The translations under genes and the position numbers were made by a program. A stretch of DNA of 64,000 nt from Euglena gracilis. Lineage: Eukaryota. Below the pieces are notes generated by a model that saw nothing but the letters and a program-made list of their open reading frames with translations, did not search any database and was not told where the DNA came from. This document shows, one piece after another, positions 14,654 to 28,572 of this stretch; positions within the stretch are counted from its first letter, which is position 1, and every line of letters begins with the position of its first letter. Where the stretch lies: assembly GCA_039621445.1 (NCBI GenBank), contig CP154954.1:45921847-45985846 (forward strand), written 5' to 3'.

Positions 14654-16379
14654 AGTATATTACGCGAAAGATTACATCATGTTTGGTTGACTGCGGCCGG
14701 CCAGCCATGGCCGACCGCATGCAACCAAGCAATTTTATCTCAACTGACTGGTTTGATTTTTGATCGGCTGGCCTTGGCCGGCCCTTTTCCCAACCAGCAG
14801 ATCGTTACATCTCTCACATCTCGCTTTGGCTGCAGCTGGTTGCACTCAGCCACAGCTCCAATCAATTATTGGAAAAAGTCAAAAATTGATGACGGTGTTT
14901 GAAGAAAGCAGTGTGAATTGTAAAACAGGGTCTATCTGCCAGATAACTCCCCAAGGCCGCCGAGTCATCCAAAGGGCCCAATAAAAGAATTCAAGCCTGT
15001 GCAACGCTTTATCCCATGGCACCCCTGGCTTCCTGGTACCTTCTCGGCTGGCAAAAGTTACGCCCTAAATCCGCAGCCTAGTTTTTTTGACGTGTTTTCT
15101 GCCAGTTTCAGCCCGTTTGGGCCAAAAAAAAATATTTTAATTTTATAATGCCTTGAAAATGAAAAAAAATGAAAGAAAATGTTTGTGAAATCAAACAAAG
15201 CTCTTAGAACGCTTTATCTAATTGTATTTTGATTTTCCTATAGCTCTTACCTGGTCCCATTTCGGGCCGTTTTTTGGGCACAAAAAATTGCCGATTGCGA
15301 AGTGCCAAAATTCTCAAAAATGAAGCGAAATCAAACAAAATGACCAGAAATCCGAATTGAATTCCTTAAAAGGCCTTATCTAATGGTATTTCGATTTCCC
15401 CACAGCTAGCACGAGATATGGCCAATTTACGGCCCAAATCAGCGCTGCAGGCTTTTGATTCTACTGTTTTCTGCCATTTTGGGTTCAAAAAATTGATTTT
15501 TTTTCATTATTTCTCAAAAATGGTGCCCCGGACCCCCACCCCACCCCCACAAGGAGTCCAGCCAGCACTTTTTTCCTGCTGGCTTGTGCCCCTCCCCCCA
15601 CCGGGATCTTTAAGAAACCCCTGATTGTGGCCGTTGTGCACAGGTTACTCATTGCGCATGTGAGACATGGACATTCAAATCATTCAAATAGCAGATGTAT
15701 ATGAACACATGGGTCCTGTGGGAGAAGGTGGCAGATTGAGGATAATAATGAGAGGGGTTTGAGCGCCGCAGTGTTTAGAAGCTGGATTAGAGGTTTTGAA
15801 GTATTTGGGCACTTGGCAGGAAGGGGTGCCCCAATGGGCGGTGGGTCTGTCTGGTGGGTTGCAAACCAAAACCAAATGTGTCAGTATATTTTTGCCTGGT
15901 TCAGTCCTAAGTTTGGTTTTAAGCCAAATCCGAACCCTAAACCCTAACCTTATCGATGATCCAAACTTCCCAGGATTATGCGGGGGGGGGGGAAACAAAA
16001 TCGACGGTTTTGCCATAACCAAATAAACAAGTGCAAATATACAGCTTTACCAGGATGTAGCTAGTCCAATCCCCTTGGCAGACGAGTGGGATCACCAGGG
16101 GCGATCCCACCAATTTATGGCTGCAATTTATGTGCATGGTACAACCTAACCGACCTTTTCATATGAGAGCCTGCTTTTTTTTTTCAAAGTGGAAAGTGAC
16201 CCCTCAGGATGACTGGGAATAATTGTTTGGTAGGAAGTGACGGTAGGATTTCCATAGGCACATAAAGTCTCTCGTTTTTTTGGGGGGGCGGGCATTCGGT
16301 TCAAAGATCAGAAAGGCCTGTCAGGGAATATGGGCTCAACCTAAGAGGAACGGTGGAGTACCCTCTGGCTCAGCCCCAG

Positions 16380-17010
16380 TCACTGCGGTATTTGGCCCCC
16401 GTCCCCTACATCACCCCCGCCACCCCGGAGGAGGGCCACCTCGAGGCCGTCGTCCGGTGCATCGCTGACTGCCTTCAGGAGGAGGGCTGGCTCGACCTGG
16501 ACAAGCTGTGGCCAACAGCACAGACACTGTGCAGCACGAAGAGACATATCACTTACCTCTTCCGTGACATCTTCCAGCGAGTCTTCTGCAGCTACGCCCA
16601 GGCTGTGCACAGATACCATATGGGTGCCCTCGTGGGTGGCAGCCTGGCCCCAACGCGTTCACGGCGGAGGAGGACCAAACCATTGTCAGTGCTGTGGAGA
16701 TGCAGAGTGGACCGATCGACTGGAAGACGGTCGCGGCGCTGCTGCCCCACCGTACCGCTGTAGTGGTGAGAAACCGATATTGCAGCATGTCACGCCACAG
16801 CCCGGCCAGCATGACGTACGGCAAGGCATCGTCGTTCCCGGAGGAGACGCTGCGGCGGCAGCAGTTGCTGCGGGGCTTCTTCTTCCGCCACCGCGTGCCG
16901 GTAAACCACCCGTACTGGGCGGACCTGCTGGGGGCCGACGTCGGCCCTGTTATTCGCAGACTCCCAGTTACAGACGCTGATGGCGGTGCAGCCGAAGAGA
17001 ACCCTTTGGT
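16380..17010 (+). pseudogene. Myb/SANT-domain-containing coding segment, frameshift near 16600-16640
   Basis: FTAEEDQTIVSAVEMQSGPIDWKTVAALLPHRTAVVVRNRY (about 16658-16780) matches the Myb repeat pattern (F/W)TxEED...W..(I/V)A..LPxRT....RNRY. The upstream GC3-rich part (16380-16620) is in a different frame. Confidence 0.65.
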
Positions 17011-18619
17011 GATGATGACTGCTTCCTCCACAGGGGCTTCATTTTGTATCTTTTTTTTCCATTCAATTTTCATTTGTATTGAAAATGTGGATGCTTTTTT
17101 TGGTGGACAAAGGAGAGCACAAACCATGAAGCTTTTTACATGGAGTTGAAGGTGAACGATTTTCACTTTGAGAGAGTCTCATCAAAAATCTAGACTCGCA
17201 CAAGCTTTTTGAAATTCAAGGATTGGAATCGAAAAAAATATCCGGTTTGGAAAATGGTAAGTGCATGAGTTGTTTGACCATTGAGACCTCGTACTTTTTT
17301 GCCACGAGCCAATGGTTGTTGAATGATTGTAAATGTGCATTACATCCCCCCCAATAAGCATTTTCTTTGGTCTTGGTGGCTCTCAGTCGTTTGTCGGTCC
17401 AAAAAGGGTTGGTTTAAAAGGGGCAATCGGTTTTTTCAAGGGTTGCAAATTTTGCCAATTTGTGTTTTGGAAAAGGAATTTTTAGGACAAAAGGATTTTT
17501 TTTGTAAACAAATAAAGCTTGGAAAAACTTGTTCCCCCCAACATAGGGCACATGGCACTTGGAGAATGAGCGTCTGGCCTCAACAAGCACAGGGTCCAAA
17601 TAAAAACGCACCCTCTGCTGCCGAACCCTCCAGTCCACTACAAGTGCACCCCCCCCATTTTGATGGCAAGAAAACATGAAGAAAAAAATGACAAAAAGAA
17701 TCACGCAGGTGGGGTCCAAAGCACCCTCGCCCCGCCCCCCCCCCCTCAGGGTGGGGTCGGCACCTGACCAAAATACAGCCTGCCAGACTGTAGCGGACCG
17801 CTGCTTATGGCGGCGGTGGTCTGGTGCATAAGCCTTTACGACACACTGGTGCAAAAGTCTTTACGAGGTCCCCTGATTTTTTTGCCTTATTGACGTCAAT
17901 GTGACGTTGGCTGCGTGCTGCATTGATGCCAACTCTGCAAAAAAAGCTGCATTTTTTATGGAAGCTGTGTCTTCCCAAACATGATGGGGCTGAGTTGGTA
18001 GCAAGATCGTAAAATAACTTTTTCTGGGTGTCCAAATGGCTAGTTTTGATCTGGACATCTTGTTTTCATGGGCAATTCAAGGCATCAAGTTCCAGAGCCC
18101 AACTCCTCAGGGTTCCGGAGTTGTGGGCCATTTAGATTTTGAGGGGAACTCAGGAAGGAGGGGGAATTCAGGAAAATGAGTGGAAATCTTTTTTTGACGG
18201 GTAGTTCACAGGCTTCAATATGGTGTACGTTGGGACCATGGCTGTATGGGAATCCCTGCAACCCCATGGGTGATGGGGGGTCGACCACCCCCCCCACCCC
18301 CATGCTGGTGGGGGGGTACGACCCCCCCCACTTGGCCTTCCCATGTTTCCGGGGGCGCCAATCTTTAGGTCAAAAATTTCTTTCGACACCTTCGGCGCCG
18401 AACGAAGTTTGTTTGAGAGGGTCGACCCATCCCCCCCCACCAGGCTTTCCCATACAGCCCTGTCCAGGACCTCAACACAGCCCCCACCCAAAGATATTTT
18501 GGTTTCAATACTGAACCTTGGAAAACGGGACATTTTTTTGAAAAAAGTTCATATTATTTGGAAGTTTCCAAAATTCCAGGCCGAAAGTTTTTTTTCAGCA
18601 TGACACTGGAAAGAAATAA

Positions 18620-19131
18620 GGCAGCTCCCAACTATAGGGCCCGTGGGTCGTTTAGTTGGGAGCGGGGGGGGGGTCGTATGGTGTGACCCGGGTCCGACCA
18701 TCGGGGAAAGTCGGGTTTATGGATTGGGGATGGGGTTATGGTTGCGGCCGGCGGGCCGTGGGGCTCCCATTTTTGGGAAGTTAGGGAGGAGTTAGGCCGC
18801 CTTTCGGACGAATTCAGAACGAATTTAGGCCGAATTCGGACATTTGTAGGCAAAAACGCGTTTTCGAAAATCTTCCAAAACGGGGACCCAGCTTCCGGCC
18901 GAACTTTATCCCTGAAAATTGCCATTTTTCGGCCCGCCGACCCCAACCCTAACCCTACTCCTAAAATTAAGTGGGAACCCTCCCCGGATCCGCCGCCGGT
19001 GGCCCGGACGGCGCGCGGTTTCCCGGCGCCGCGGGACCGAAAGGTCCAAAAGTGGGACGCGGGTCCCACCATACGACCCCCCCCCCCGCTCCCAACTAAA
19101 CGACCCACGGGCCCTATAGTTGGGAGCTGCC
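18620..19131. mobile_element. MITE with ~64-bp TIRs and 8-bp TSD (GG termini, Merlin-like)
   Basis: GGCAGCTCCCAACTATAGGGCCCGTGGGTCGTTTAGTTGGGAGCG(n)TCGTATGGTG is mirrored at the right end. TSD AGAAATAA at 18612-18619 and 19132-19139. The superfamily label is inferred from termini and TSD length only. Confidence 0.85.
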
Positions 19132-20799
19132 AGAAATAACTCCCAAGCATGGGTGTGCTTATCCAGAGTCTTGACAACACATTGGTGTACAAGTTTTTAC
19201 GAGTTCTTCTGTTTTGTTTTTCTGCCTATGGAAATCCCAGAAACCCTGTTGGTGGCGGGTGGTGGGGGGGCGGAGTATAAAGTGAGCCATGGTTTTGCAA
19301 GGGGGGAAGGGTCAGACCACCCCCCCCCCTTCAGGGGGGACACACCCGCAGAGATGGGAATGGGGGAAAGATAGAGATGTCGACCCCCACCAGAGTATTA
19401 AATGAGCGGGTCTAGAACCCCTTTTACCCACCAACTGGAGGGGGGGGTCGTATCCCTTCTGCAAAAAAATTGGGGGGTTCCGGGGTCCCCCCAGTCAAAA
19501 AAAAACCCACCAGTCCCAAGGGGGAGAAAAGTTCAGTTTTTTTTGATATCGACTTTTTAGGTCCAGCGCGTTCGATGAAGATTTCTCACTTGCAAAGTGC
19601 CAACAAGGGACGCCGTCCTCTGCCCACCACTCCAATTCCTGCATCCCTATCACTGCCTTTATCTGGTTTTCAGCAGCCAAAAGAAATAGCCAGATTTTTA
19701 TTTTATGGCATGGTGGACAAGGGGCTTTTTTTGCCCAAAAGGGCAATCCTCTCCATGTGACTTTAACCCAATCTTCAGATTTGTCTGTCTTGTTGCATTC
19801 TCATAGATTCAGAGAATTTTCATTTTCATTTCTTTATTCAATGGATACGCAAAAAATGCCCCCGTTTTTAGTCTTTGTTTCCATGTTTTCACGTTTTTAT
19901 CCTTGGAGAAAGGAAATTCGACTTCACGCCAGCCTTTTGGCAGCACAGACAGCAGTGAGCGCAGGTTATAATGCCGATACGGCATTACATGGTGTCAGTG
20001 AAGGAGTGCCTTCACTGAACCGATCCGTCTACTGTTTGTACATTGTATGCGCTGGTAGCGGAAACCGCTAAACAGTCCTTGGTGGATGCACCCAGGCAAA
20101 CCCCCACCACCTTCTTTTAATCTGCCAAGGAAGCCCCCACCCAGCGTGAAGCTGGAGGAAGGCGCTGCGCTCTATTCCGTCCGCACTGCCCACCGCCCGA
20201 GCGGTGACCGGAAGGGCAAGCGGAAGGCCAGGGCGGGGTGGGCAATTTTGGAGCGTCACATTCATCTTGCATCGTTGGGCTTTAGACAACGTTTGCGTTG
20301 TTATGGAAAAAGCGGCACCTGAAACAATTGGATTGTTTGCCTAGTTGTGCAGTGACATAAGGCTTGCACATTTGGAGGCTCCCTGGTTCTTTATTATTGC
20401 TCTTTCTGGGCTCATCCTCCCCTCCAATTCCCATCATTTTTGGGTTGTTCAGCGCAGAAAACTTCGCATCGTGCCAGTTTTCAGTGCACTCATCTTTCAT
20501 GGTGCCCCAAATTTGGGAACAATTTGTGTCTTTTTTTTTTGCAACTTCCGTCGATAGAAGGTCATTACCCAGGAGACCAGGAAGTCCCGGGGGGGGGGGA
20601 CTTGTACGGGAAAAAATGTTGTGGGAAAAATTCTGGACTAAATTTTGTCCAGGATTTTTCCCGCCTTTTTAAGGGTCCAGGATTTTTCCCGGCAGATTTA
20701 AGGAAAGTCAAATTCCCTCCAGTGAATGACCCCCCAAAAAAATATTCGGCGCTGCGCGCCAATTTTCATCAGGAATATTTCTTTTTCTTGCGGTGCAGC

Positions 20800-21010
20800 T
20801 GAAGTATGGCAGGAAGCACCCACCAAAGTCAACCATCCTTTTTTTGGGTAACCAGTTGGCAAAGGGTGGCATTATCAGCAAAGTGGGCCGTCCTGGCTTG
20901 ATGACGCAGTCGGAAACTGCTGTTTTAAGGAAGTATTTGGATGTTGCTCGTGCGGAAGGTACACCAATGGATAGGGAGATGGTGGTGCAACTAGCCAATA
21001 CTGTGGTTTC
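20800..21010 (+). pseudogene. CENP-B/pogo(Tc5)-type HTH fragment, probable transposase remnant
   Basis: KHPPKSTI...KVGRPGLMTQSETAVLRKYLDVARAEGTPMDREMVVQLANTVV fits the GRP..(E)E..L..Y.....G.P.....V...A pattern. No DDE domain recognised nearby. Confidence 0.5.
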
Positions 21011-22929
21011 TGTTTGGTTTCACCAGGTGCAGCCATGCTTTCTCATTCAACTGCTGGTCAGTGCAAAACCTTTGCGCTTTTTTTTCAGCTGTCTATATTT
21101 TTTCCCACCTGGTTTAAGCGAGCGTTCAGGATTTTTCCCGGCATTTTAAGGGTTCGTCCAATACTTTTCCCAGCAGAATTTTTACCGTCGGCAATTGTTC
21201 CCGGTCATTAATTGAGAAGAGGAAAGGCAATAGTGTCCTCCCACAAAAAGCCTCTGCAAAATGGCTTCTAGTACCCTCCTGGTTGGATAAGCAAGCAATT
21301 GAGGGGGGTCATGTGTGCAAGGAAATGCTTTTCTTAAAAACCCATCCTCTCCATCTGCCCATCATTTTTTCCCTCCTTTCGCATCACCCTCAAACCAGGC
21401 ATTCCTCACATGTTTGGGGCACACGTGGAACCTCCAGATCCCTGGGTCTGTTGCACGCTGCCACGCCAGGCTTCGATTGGCGATTGCAGAGTCCCGCCTG
21501 CCACCCCTCGGGGGAAGTCCCCTACCCGCCCTGCGAGCGGTGCCGTCCCCCGCCCCCAGCCCCGAGCCGGAGGAGAGCCCCACGCCCTCCAGTGTGAGGG
21601 AGCCGGCGGGGCGACAGCCGGAGGAGGAGGAGGAGGGGGGCCCGCAGGAGTGGCAGCGGCTGCTGGCGGAGTACGAGGTGGCAGAGGAAGCCCGGCAGTC
21701 ACGTATGCATGAGTGTGTTGTGAGGAATGCTCGCTGGACGTGTCACCCCAACGCAACACCCCACTGCGCACCACGTTTGAAAGGCCATTGCAGTGTGGTG
21801 ATTTATCATGTGGGGTTGAACACAATTTGGCACAACAAATTTGATCTGGAATGCAGTGATGTTTTTGGAGGCTTTGCTCAATGTTTTTCCAACGTGCGAC
21901 TATTTTCTGATGCTCTCTCAGGCTTTTATTTATGCGCGCCAAATGTTTGAGGGCATTTTCAGGATTCCGGCATTCTTTTTTTTGGCTGCGGAATTTATCC
22001 TGCAGAATTAAAAGCATGAGGCCCTCGCCGAGCGCACGGCCATATAAGGAATTATGTTAAGTTCAGGAAAGTGAAGGATTTTGAATAAGGTGGCCTGAGG
22101 ATCATGCAACCCTTGGGCCTGAACCAACCGACACCCCAAGTTGAGCAACCGCAGAACCCCTGGGGCCAATGAAAATTCCGAATTTTTGCAACCCTGAAAA
22201 AAAAAAGGTGAAAAAAATGGGAAATACAGGAAAATATGAAAGCGAAGCAACCACACATCTCCCCCAGGGGGCTGCCAGCCCTGCTAGCCAGCCCTTTTTT
22301 GGAGGGTTCAGCCCAAAATTGTTCAAGAAATGCCTAAAGTGGTGATTTGGGGTTGTTTCTGATGATTTCTGGGGGTTGCCAGAATCTCATTTTTTTCAAA
22401 AAACTGTGTTTTGTGAAGCCATTTTTTAGGCAATTGTCCGATTTTGGACTGCCTGATCAGCTGAGGTCCAGCCCCTCACCCCAACCCCCTGGGTTGGCAA
22501 GCTAGCCCGCCCAAAATTTTAGCCCTAACCAGCAACCCCCCGGGTCCTTAAAGATGTTGGAAGCAAGCTTAAACAAACAAAAATAGCATAAGTTTATGGG
22601 AAATTGTCAAACTGTTTGAATCTGCATTTTTTGGGGGGGACATCATCACGTTTGCATTTTCGCTCTGAAACCGTCCTCCTCCCTTTATTTGAACAAGAAG
22701 AGACTTTTTTCCCTTTTGACCATTTAGTCCGAAGTTAAGCAATCCCTCGGTGTGTGTTGAAACCTAGATTGCAGCAACCCCCAAATTTAAGCAACCTCTT
22801 GATTGGTTCAAATCCACATTTAAGCAACGAGTTGCTTGATTTTTTTCGGTGGGGAAAGGTTGGTGACTGACTGGTTTCTTGGGAAAAAATGAGTGGCTGG
22901 TTTTTGGAAGAGTGGAAATGACCCACACT

Positions 22930-23330
22930 CAGTAAACCCCCCCAAATAGTATTGCACCCGCAGCTCTATTGGACGGCCGCCTCCGGCGGCGGGGGTGCAG
23001 CACTATTTGGACCCGCAGCACCATTGGACTGAGTGCCTCTTAGTCCCGGCCTATCACCACAGGCACCCTGTTGTCTGCTCAATGTCCTTCTCTGAGGCTA
23101 GTGAGGTCGTGCGGACCACTTCTGCGAGTTGTTCAGGTGGGAATGTGCCCCCTTTCCCCTCTCTGCTGATTAAAAATGGTGCCTGCAGCAGGCTGCACCA
23201 GCTTCTACGCAGTTCACATTGCTGTGATTTGAGGGGTGCAACACCATTGGACGCTCGCTTCATCCGGCGGGGGGTGCAGCACTATTTGGACCCGCAACTC
23301 TATTGGCCCCGCAACACTATTGGGGGTTAA
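22930..23330. mobile_element. Degenerate MITE-like element with repeated GCAGCACTATTTGGAC subunits
   Basis: Left end TAAACCCCCCCAAATAGTATTGC roughly mirrors right end GCAACACTATTGGGGGTTAA. GGGGTGCAGCACTATTTGGACCCGCA occurs at about 22992 and 23271. No clear TSD. Confidence 0.5.
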
Positions 23331-26147
23331 AAAAAATCTGTGGATGTGTCCCCCACATGCAGATGCCCATGATTGTGCCATGCGATGTGAATGTGTCGTT
23401 TCGGGCTGTTTTTTTTCCCAGTCACAGGCGTGGTTTGTTTCTTCATCGCAATCTTTACCAAGTGCACATGGGCCTCTAAGGTGTTTAATATTGACATTTA
23501 CCTTTGGGGCCTTTTCTTGGCCAACTCGTCTTATTGCCACCGACCACCGGTGGTGCACCTGTCAGGAGACTATGAGATCCTTCCCTTTAGGGTTGGTTAA
23601 ATTCATCCCTAACCATATGTGTCTCAGTGCCTGGCCAGCCAGGCATTATTTTTTTAAGGAAAAAATGTCTTTCAAAATTTCAAGGCATTTTTTAAGGGCT
23701 TTTTTAAAGGCGTTTTAAAGCTGTTCAAGGCTTTTTTCGCCCCAGGGACCGGTCCAAGGGCTGTCCCAGCATCGAACCAGCGTTTCTGATTTTGCACGTG
23801 GGCCAAAGTCAAAAATGAACAGTTAAGCCCGCATTTTTTTTGAGCTTTGGTCGGATGGACAACGTTCCAGCGATGCCAAAAATTATTTTCCCTCTGGAGT
23901 TGGCCTGGTTTTTTTTTTGCTGAGAGTTTGCGCTTTCATTTTTGCTCGGTCGGATCGAATTCTGCCAGTCCGAATTCTTTAAGGCATTTTAAGGTCACTT
24001 TGAGGCATTTTAGCCAAAAAAAATTTTCAGAGCTTTGGGTTAAGTTCAGAAGGCCCCCTCCCCCCAGTCCCCCTCTGGGGGGGAGGGGAGTGGGGGGTGT
24101 CCCAGACTGGGGTGTCCGGTGCCCAGGGCCGGAGGCCTGGGTGTGGGTTTCGGCGCTTTGCGACGAAAATTTTTTTGGGAAATGCCCTCAGACGGCCTGG
24201 TTTTGAGGGGGACCCCCCTGGGGGGTCCTGCGCCGGGCTGGTTGGGGGGGGATCCCCCGGGTCTTAAAAAGAAGCCTGGTTGGTCAGGGCTGCCCAGGGG
24301 AGAGCGATTGGTTATTGCATGAACTGCAACCTGCCCCAGGAGTCATCGGCATTCAGTTGGGTTGGTGTGCCAAAGAAGGTTCAATGGGCAGTTTCTATAC
24401 GGAACAATTACGTTCCGCAACTGCCATAGATTTGTTTGATACTGGTATGACCCACCCCTGCATGGGTGGGCCTGTGAATAGTGAGCCCCCCGGGGACCAA
24501 GCAAATCTCTGGCTACTGCGTCGGCCAAGAAGGCAGCAAACTGAATTTGCGGGGGAGCCCCGAGGTCTGTCGACCCTTCTGTCCGGCAGGCATGCGCCCT
24601 GTCGACGTCGGGGACCATGCCGTGTGGCAGCTGTACTTCGCGGTGCTGTCCGTCGTCCAGCAGCGGCGCCGCAACAAGGCAGAATGGCCAACGCTCCCCA
24701 CCGCAGTGCCCGCCGCTGTTCAGTGTGTTGCGTTCTTTTCGTTGACTTTCCATCGGTAGAACGGCCGACCGTGGTGGTTCTCTAATTTCCCCAATAAAGC
24801 ACTCCCCTTTGTGTGCGATGATGGGTGGAACCACCCGCCCCCCTATCTAAGCACCACCCTTGTCTAAGCAATTACCCAGTTCTTGCCCAGCTTTTTTTAA
24901 TGGTCATCTTCTCGGGGAGGCTTTAAAAAAAATTCTCGCAATTATTTTTAAGGTATTTTTCTGCATCCAAAAGCCTGTGATTTCAACACTGGACTTTCAA
25001 AATAAGGTGAGTTTTTTCGGTTCCGTGTGAAGGGCCGGATTTTTTTTTGCAGCCAAGTTTTTCCCCCTTGTCCAAGCACCATGCTTCTTACCCATATTCT
25101 GGCAAATTACGCACCCCAGTCCTTACCCACCTTTTAAGTCGGGAGGTACAACCTTTTAACATTAACAACTTTTTAACTTGCAACGCAGGAGGGCAACATA
25201 TCCCCATTTCATTTTTCTGCATTTGTCAATTTTGATTTCCACGATTGGTTTTGTTTTCTTTTTTATGTTTGTGTGTCTGTGAAAATCCTTGTGGGAGGAA
25301 ATATTTTGCGTTTTTGGGAAAATCATGGATTCTCAAAGTGCTGTTGAGGGAGAGTTGCGCTCGTCCCATTCTTTGTGCTGCTACGCACCTCAGAGGTGCC
25401 CCTGCAATTTGTGCAACGCAAGTTGACACTGGATTCCATGTCATTGTGACAGAGGACCGTTGGGATGGGAAATTTGTCATAATGGGACTGAATGCATCAC
25501 CCATTGAAGCACATCGGATTAAAGTGATCTTTCTTGTTTGCATGTCAAGGAGTTTCGAGTTCGTGATTATCGTCCACTGTGTTATGAGTTATGAGTTATG
25601 CGTTACGTTACATGAGAAAACAGCTGCACAAGAATAGGGCAGTTCTTCTGGTTCATTTTCAGATTTCTTGGTTGCTTAACTATGGGTTTTTTCTCGATTT
25701 GATGCATTGGATTTGAGGAGGGTTTTGATTAAGGAAGGATTTGAGGAAGATGACAAAAGAAGAAGATTTAAGTCAGGCAATTTCTTCACACAAAGAAAAC
25801 GTTCAAACCTGAAGTCATCCGATACTTTTTTTTTCTCACAGAGATTCAGAGCTTCTTTGTAACAAAAAATCAGCAAAGGCTTTGCAAGAACATTGCAGTG
25901 GAAAAGTTTTTTTTGAAAATGTGTCCAAAAATCTTCTGAAATGGGGGCCTAATTCCCAGGTTAATTTATTCCCTAAACAGAGCCAATTTTTGGTGTGCCA
26001 ATTCTAATCCTAAGCTTATTCCTAAGATTCAGTGTGGACCCTCCTCGAAGCCGACAGCAATTGCCCAGATCCACCACGGTTCTGGCACGAAACGGACCGA
26101 AGAATTTGGATCGTCGGACCTGGGTGACTCCAGCCGGGGGGGGGGAC

Positions 26148-26387
26148 CAGGCTTCTTTTTAAGTCAGCAGACCACCCCCCGGGGGAGGTGGGGTGGGTGG
26201 GTGGGTCCGGGCCGGACCCCCCCTGGGGGGGTCCCGCGCCGGAGGCGCTGGGTATACCTTTTCGGCGCGAAGCGCCGAAAAATTTTGAAAATTGCCTTTA
26301 ACGGGCCCGATTTTGGGGGGTCCCGCGGCACCCTGGGTGGGTGGGGGGGACCCCCCTCCCCCCGGGGGGGTCTTAAAAAGAATCCTG
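26148..26387. mobile_element. hAT-like MITE, same family as 60945-61226 in opposite orientation
   Basis: TIRs CAGGCTTCTTTTTAAG / CTTAAAAAGAATCCTG, TSD GGGGGGAC on both sides. The core is the near-exact reverse complement of 61040-61130. Confidence 0.85.
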
Positions 26388-28572
26388 GGGGGGACTGCAC
26401 ATGGGTCGTTCAAAAACTGCACTGCAAAAAGCTGCACTCCAACAAAAAATCACAATAAAGAAGCTGAAATGGTGTGAATATCAATGTAATTTGCAACCCC
26501 ACAAGCACCCCCATTCACATTTGGTATTTTCTTGCACAGTTTTGAAGCTGCCGAATGGCGAAAACATTTCACTGTGCATGTTTCTTTGTCAGAAACACTT
26601 TTTTGGAGAAATGATGTGTTTGATTGCAAAACTTGCACATCTTTGGTGGTGGTGTGATACGTTTACTGCAGACAAAGCATGCCTTCGATGCCGGGTCGCC
26701 AACTGGTTTCCGAATTATGCCTCACATTGCCTCGGTGCAAAATTAGTGTACACGTTGTCAGCATTGGTGATACAGATGGAAAATTATACAGAAATATTTT
26801 ATTAGGAATGTCTTCTAGCACACCATGTGGCTCTCTAACCGTTGGTGATATGAATTTCAAGTTTAGAATTTTGTGGCTGCTCAGCCTAAATTCGACCGAA
26901 CTCGCTCCGGAATGCGTGACTTCTCCTCAGAGCGCTTTGGGGCAAATTGGCCAGAGGGGACATCCAATATGGATTTCTGAATGTGCTGGACCGAACGTCA
27001 TCCAACCCCACAAAGCAACTTCTCTGCCTCCACTGCGCCACAGATCACTCTCCTCCATCAGTCGATCCAGCCAAAGGACCCCCAGTGACACAGCACCACC
27101 ACCAGGGGATTTGTTCTCCTGTGAGGAACTCCACTTGCTGACTTGGGGGGGGGGGGGGCTGCCACCAGCCAGCAGCTCCTAGACAGGCAACCCATCCCCA
27201 AGTCCAGCATTTCTGTCCAAAATGGCGTCTTTGAGGGAGGGAGGGGGTTTCTTATGACCTCTCGGCTTCCAAACTGTAACACCGCTGGACTCCAGTGCTT
27301 TGCCTGGGGTTGGGGGCCAGCGTGGCCACCAGCTAATCTGATGAACAGCTGGGCACCAACACCTTCAGAGGGCTGCCTGTGAGAAATTCCCTTGCCGTCT
27401 CCCCCGCTGCCCTGCCTTGGCCGGCCTCCAGCCTCAGCCAGGCCTCTGCCAGGGCTAATCATGGAGGATCGGCGTGGACCCCAATGGGTTGGTCTGGACC
27501 TCCCTTGCAGGGGGGAGGGTGGGCCGGACCCCCCCTCTGGCCCAAGAGAGGGGGGGGCACCCCCACCTAAACCCTGTACACCCTCTTTATGTCGGACCCT
27601 GTGGAGGGGCCTTGTGCTATGGGGTGCCTGCCCAGCAGGCACCCCTATCCCCTGAGAGGGGTTCACAGGCATTTTCCCTTGAAAATGGCCATTTTCAGAC
27701 CCCTGAGTCTTTGGCAGCAGGGGTCTGATATACCACCCACCCCAAAACCCCAAAACCTTGCCCTCCCGGCAGGTCCGAAAATGCGCCACGTCTGCTCATA
27801 GCAGTTTCCCCCACAAGGAGGTGTGACATTCCTGAAAACAAAAGATGTGGAAGCATTCCAAGGGCAGGCTCGTCTCTTCCCCGACCCCTACCTGGGACCA
27901 CCCCAGAATGGTCAAAAATTTCTTCTGGCGATCATCGAAAATTTTTGAATGTTTGATATTTTTATTGCCCAAAGCACTTCAGGCCGTTCTGGGGGTCAAT
28001 TTTTTCTTGGCGCTTCACACTGGGCTTCCCCCCACCCCTCCTGGACAGGGTGGGGATCCGACCCCCCACCTGCCCTTGTATGAACCCTGCCCCTCCTCCC
28101 CAGGTGTCGGTAGAGAGAAGCCTGACCTCCCCGGCAAGAAACCATCTGTGACTTTTGTGCAGCTGTGGTGGAATCTCGGAGGGTGGCGGAGGGAGGGTGG
28201 GTCAATTACACCTTGCAATGCTTTGTTCCCTTCCTGTAAAATATATCAAGCACTCATATATTCAAGTACCGTCCCTAACGTTTTCACATCATCAGCATTG
28301 TGGTCCATTGAAGAACCAATACACTAAATGATAAATGTGTTAATCACCTCTGAAGAACCAATGAATGTATTAATCACCCTAGGCGGCCACCTAGTGCAAT
28401 AAAACCGACGGGCCCGTCGGTCATTAAATTGCAATTTTGGTTGCATATGCATATGGCGATGCTTTAAAAGGTGTGACCGCATTTTTTCACCTAGCCCATT
28501 GAGAGGAAATCTAAAGCCTCCGCCTATGATAAACTTTTTGCATCGTGGTGTTCATGGTGGCATTTCAAGATC

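Noticed and set aside
18237-18462. Candidate MITE with CATGGCTGTATGG / CCATACAGCCCTG ends
   Set aside because: The TIRs are imperfect and the flanks share only GGAC, so the boundaries are unsupported.
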